The notes beneath the pieces were generated by a model. That model worked only from the letters and a program-made list of their open reading frames with translations, ran no database searches and was not told the DNA's origin. 27,751 nucleotides of DNA from a virus (lineage: Duplodnaviria > Caudoviricetes): the IMG/VR virus record IMGVR_UViG_3300022178_002083, positions 1 to 27,751 of that record, one strand, 5' to 3'. The position numbers were made by a program, and so were the translations under genes. Each line of letters opens with the position of its first letter. Positions within the stretch are counted from its first letter, which is position 1. Below are positions 25,972 through 27,751 of the stretch, piece after piece.

Positions 25972-27620
25972 TACTCTCCCAGGTCTAAGCCTTCGGCCAG
26001 TAAGCTATCTGGTGCTACTGAGCCACTAAGTTTCTGAGCCGCATCTGCCAGAGCAGGCATCTGTTGCATCTGTTGTTGTTCTGCCATAGCTGCCGCTTTA
26101 GCTTCACGTTCTTCTGCTACTACCGTAGGATCATTAAGAACATTCATGCTTGAGCTATTGGCGTACCAGATTTCACGGAATAGTTTATCTGGGTCAACAT
26201 TGTCTAGTGATTGTAACATATTGGGATCAAGCTGTGCTAACTCACCAAACATACGAAGAGTAGTAACTGCCCCCATAGTCTCGAACGACTTCGTTGCCAT
26301 TGAGAGTCGGCCTACATAATCGACCTCGTATTCCGGGCTATCAATAAGCTCCTGCGGAATTGGGGGCAAGAGTTTCTTCTTAGCAAGTATGTAGTACACG
26401 TGGTTCATAACAGGAGTAACGTGTTCTTCTACATAGCGAGCCACGAAAGGTGCAAGCTGCATTAAATCGGTTGTCATACGCTCCTGAACTTCAGTAGCCG
26501 TCATGTTGCGGTAAGCATCTAATGGACGGAACAACTGGTTGAAGAACATACGCTTGATAGAATCATCGTGTAGCTTATACATCTCCAACGCAATGCCTGG
26601 GTCACCGTTTGGTGCTAGACGTTCTGGCTTGCCATTAGGGTTAGTAGCCCGCCAACGAATGAAAGACCCTGCACGACTAGACATACCAGAAACGCTATCA
26701 TCGTCAGGGATCAACCATTGAGGATTAGCGTGTTGTTCAGCCGATGCGACCATAGAGCGATAGATAACGTTGGTACGCCTAGCTGTGCCGAGAACCATAC
26801 TCATGGGTGAACGACCATATATCTCTTCGTTGCCCACCATGAATCTAGAAACTTTGTATGGGTTGAAGTCGAATCCACTCTCTTTGACCATAGTGCCTGT
26901 ATCACGGCATACGTGGTAAGATGCGAATGGCTTCTCAGTAGACTTCTTGCCTTTGGGGTTGTAGTCCATACGAGGTTGCACACATTGAATGAATGTGAAC
27001 TTCTTGTCTGGATTGTTCTGCATTTGGTTTTCGATGTTTTGGAACTCAGCAGCTTGTAACGCTTCAATGCCAAACTTCTGTATGGCCTGGCGTAATGTCA
27101 GCTTGTATTCACGAGCTACAGTATCTACTTCACCTAAATGGTTCTCATCAATGCGGATGTTAGACACGATAACATTTTTAAATCGTATAACATTTCTGTC
27201 ATCTTCTTCTAGTGATAGGCAGTTAGTGCCAAAGCAACCTAGAGACAACAACGCCTGGAACGCTTCTTGAGAAAAGTTAGAACCAATCAATACCTGATGG
27301 ATGATACGGCTCACTTCTTCAAAGTAGTTAGCTACATTCTCATTAGCCATCATCATGGGAGATGGGTGACGATACTTAGCCCACACAGTATTCGGTGGAA
27401 ACATATGAGAAAAGAAACCAGAGGCAAAGTTGTAGTTAGCCTCGATGCACGTATCAATCAGACGTTGTGGTGGTTTCTCTTGACCGCCAATACGAATGCG
27501 ATTGATGTTGTCATTAGTCTGATAGCACCAGTCGGCACACTCCTGCCACAGGTTCATCCAATTCCCATGAACATGAGCGTTCATAGAATCGTATTTTTTA
27601 ATAATTGATTTAGCGTCCAT
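25971..27620 (-). CDS. portal protein (head-to-tail connector, T7 gp8/Bbp21 family)
   Basis: 549 aa with WQECADW, FGTNCL, YGRSP and MTATEVQER motifs. Confidence 0.93.
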   Translation of the reverse strand: MDAKSIIKKYDSMNAHVHGNWMNLWQECADWCYQTNDNINRIRIGGQEKPPQRLIDTCIEANYNFASGFFSHMFPPNTVWAKYRHPSPMMMANENVANYFEEVSRIIHQVLIGSNFSQEAFQALLSLGCFGTNCLSLEEDDRNVIRFKNVIVSNIRIDENHLGEVDTVAREYKLTLRQAIQKFGIEALQAAEFQNIENQMQNNPDKKFTFIQCVQPRMDYNPKGKKSTEKPFASYHVCRDTGTMVKESGFDFNPYKVSRFMVGNEEIYGRSPMSMVLGTARRTNVIYRSMVASAEQHANPQWLIPDDDSVSGMSSRAGSFIRWRATNPNGKPERLAPNGDPGIALEMYKLHDDSIKRMFFNQLFRPLDAYRNMTATEVQERMTTDLMQLAPFVARYVEEHVTPVMNHVYYILAKKKLLPPIPQELIDSPEYEVDYVGRLSMATKSFETMGAVTTLRMFGELAQLDPNMLQSLDNVDPDKLFREIWYANSSSMNVLNDPTVVAEEREAKAAAMAEQQQMQQMPALADAAQKLSGSVAPDSLLAEGLDLGE

Positions 27621-27751
27621 TAGCCTAAAGTATCTTTTCCTGTACCACCAAGTCGTGATGTAAGTATTGTGGATTGATAGCCCCTACGCTGTTTAGCCTG
27701 TGACTTAGCTAAATCTACTTGGCCAGAAACATCTTTACGCTGTACAGGTGG
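27620..27751 (-). CDS. 5'-truncated small pre-portal virion protein
   Basis: ...QRRGYQSTILTSRLGGTGKDTLG*, a C-terminus typical of the gene preceding podoviral portals; TAATG coupling. Confidence 0.7.
   Translation of the reverse strand, partial: PPVQRKDVSGQVDLAKSQAKQRRGYQSTILTSRLGGTGKDTLG

Noticed and set aside
22883-27608. Alternate-frame and antisense ORFs inside the capsid, scaffold, lysozyme and portal genes
   Set aside because: Fully nested in conserved structural genes with no independent support.
1-27751. CRISPR array, tRNA, integrase/att site, DGR or stop-codon recoding
   Set aside because: No spaced direct repeats, cloverleaf, recombinase or reverse transcriptase seen; genes tile densely under the standard code with TAA, TGA and TAG stops.

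Overview
This window is part of a tailed phage genome with a podovirus-type (T7/BPP-1-like) virion module, at roughly 40-42% GC by eye. A short + strand arm (1-1730) holds a partial gene, three tiny coupled membrane peptides, a DUF5664-like dNTP diphosphohydrolase, a metallophosphoesterase and an acidic ORF. It converges at a terminator (~1783-1806) on a long - strand late operon. From right to left that operon encodes portal, Bbp19-like protein, GH24 lysozyme, basic peptides, scaffold, major capsid, decoration protein, tail tubular A and B (both enlarged by insertions), two ejection proteins, a 3030-aa giant ejection protein, tail accessory proteins, a PEP-CTERM protein and holin-like/basic proteins. 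Four things stand out. (1) The giant gp16-position protein is polyvalent, with an HExxH metallopeptidase and a complete C5-cytosine DNA methyltransferase, and its modules are delimited by a recurring [G/A/S]K[A/F/S]Q[L/M/P] motif. (2) There is a window-wide restriction/methylation footprint: by manual scan all 14 CCGG sites lie inside CCSGG, no CGCG, GGWCC or RGATCY was found, and CCAGGCC occurs 13 times. (3) The phage encodes a PEP-CTERM surface protein. (4) The tail nozzle carries nested domain insertions. All family calls come from motif recognition and synteny, not database searches, and k-mer counts are manual and need confirming computationally.
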